DNA of 62,229 nucleotides, the filler included, from Diploschistes diacapsis (taxonomy: Eukaryota): assembly GCA_023645945.1 (NCBI GenBank). It is 19 parts of 19 records of this genome, joined end to end, with 100 filler letters (N's around TTAATTAATTAA, not from the genome) between each part and the next. Parts side by side here need not be neighbours in the genome. Positions count along the whole stretch, not along the records: positions 60,231 to 62,229 come from JALAIB010002448.1; 18 more parts are not named here. The stretch is one strand, 5' to 3'. Positions 61,155 to 62,229 of the stretch are shown piece after piece. The notes beneath the pieces were generated by a model. It worked only from the letters and a program-made list of their open reading frames with translations, made no database searches and was not told where the DNA came from. How positions within the stretch are numbered: position 1 is the first letter of the stretch; each line of letters begins with the position of its first letter. A program made the position numbers and the translations under genes.

Positions 61155-61873
61155 TAGGCTGGCCGTTTCGTGCCACGGACACTTCCACGGACACTACCGA
61201 GAAAATTTTTTAAACACGACATTGCCACGGACACTACCGCTAAAATTTTAAAACACGGATACTTCCACGGACATTACATTATAATAAAAGCACGGACACG
61301 GACATTACATTATAATAAAAGCACGGACACGGACATTACGATTAAAAAATTTAAAACACGGATACTTCCACGGACACTACCGCCAAAAATTTTAAAACAC
61401 GATATTATCACGGATATTATATTATAATAAATTCAACGAAGTATTACCGTGAATTTATCGAAATACCGCGGTAAAAAGATAAAAACGTAAGAAATAAACG
61501 TAATAATTTTAAAATTATTAAAAAATATATATTATTTAAAAGTATTTCGGTAAATGCACGGACACGATAATAAATTTATTAATATAAATATTACGATTAA
61601 AAATTTTAAAACACGGACATTTTCACGGATACTATGTTATAATAAAAGCACGAACACGGACATTACGATTAAAAATTTTAAAACACGGACACTTCCACGG
61701 ACATTGTATTATAATAAAAGCACGGACACGGACATTACGGCTAAAAATTTTAAAACACGGACACTTCCACGGACACTGCACTGCAGTAAAAGCACGGACA
61801 CGGACACTACGGCTGAAAATTACAAAACACGGACACTGCCACGGCCGTGTCAGTGTCCGTGACGGCCAGCCTA
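61155..61873 (-). mobile_element. Complete 719-bp TAGGCTGGCCGT element with ~72-bp tandem units
   Basis: 12-bp TIRs; opposite orientation to the 41425 copy; AAACACGGACAC recurs at 61681 and 61753. Confidence 0.85.
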
Positions 61874-62229
61874 GTTATGAGTGTCCGCTCGCTATGCATA
61901 TACGTTATAATTGAATAATAACGATAAATAACGGCTAATCATTTATTATTCACGAAAGATGTCATCAGCTGAATAAACTACCATATAAAGGATTAAAAAT
62001 TACTCGCTATCGTCGCAACGCTAAATAAATAACATATCTACGAAGAGGAAATAAAAGAAATCGTAATCTACACGGACTATTAGAACTTATTAAGTTCACG
62101 ATAACGAAATAATTAAATCTAAAATATTTAAAATGATTAAAAGTTCTCGAACGATATCGTTTCACGATTAAACGAATCATAAATAAAGTAAACGAACGGG
62201 CTAACGCGCTGAGCAGGCGGTTAAATTAC

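Noticed and set aside
61170..61862. Repeat-protein ORFs (RTLPRTL...) or a CRISPR-like array
   Set aside because: The ORFs are by-products of a 72-bp tandem repeat inside a TIR element. The units are homologous throughout, with no unique spacers and no cas genes, in a eukaryotic context.

Overview
Filamentous-ascomycete genomic DNA in two parts. (1) 1-24274 is one continuous contig. It holds the 3' end of a gene, an orphan ORF, an intact dispersed 5S rRNA gene, about 12 kb of orphan or decayed ORFs, and a four-exon Zn(II)2Cys6 transcription-factor gene. (2) 24375-62229 is an artificial concatenation of 18 unrelated ~2-kb contigs sorted by decreasing length (2019 to 1999 bp) and joined by N44-TTAATTAATTAA-N44 spacers, so adjacency across spacers has no biological meaning. 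These contigs are mostly nested, heavily RIP-mutated transposons (Ty3/gypsy chromoviruses, Ty1/copia, Tad1-like LINE, pogo/Fot1, Tc1, PIF/Harbinger, MITEs). They also hold three host genes: prefoldin subunit 1 (missed by the ORF track), a HAD hydrolase and a conserved hypothetical protein. The most notable observations are: an antisense Zn-cluster plus coiled-coil accessory ORF in two copies of a chromovirus; a ~1.3-kb non-coding LTR element with a self-priming site that shows a compensatory change relative to its coding relative; a TAGGCTGGCCGT-ended element built from variable ACACGG/GACAC repeat arrays; and a RIP spectrum that hits CpA/CpT but spares CpG.
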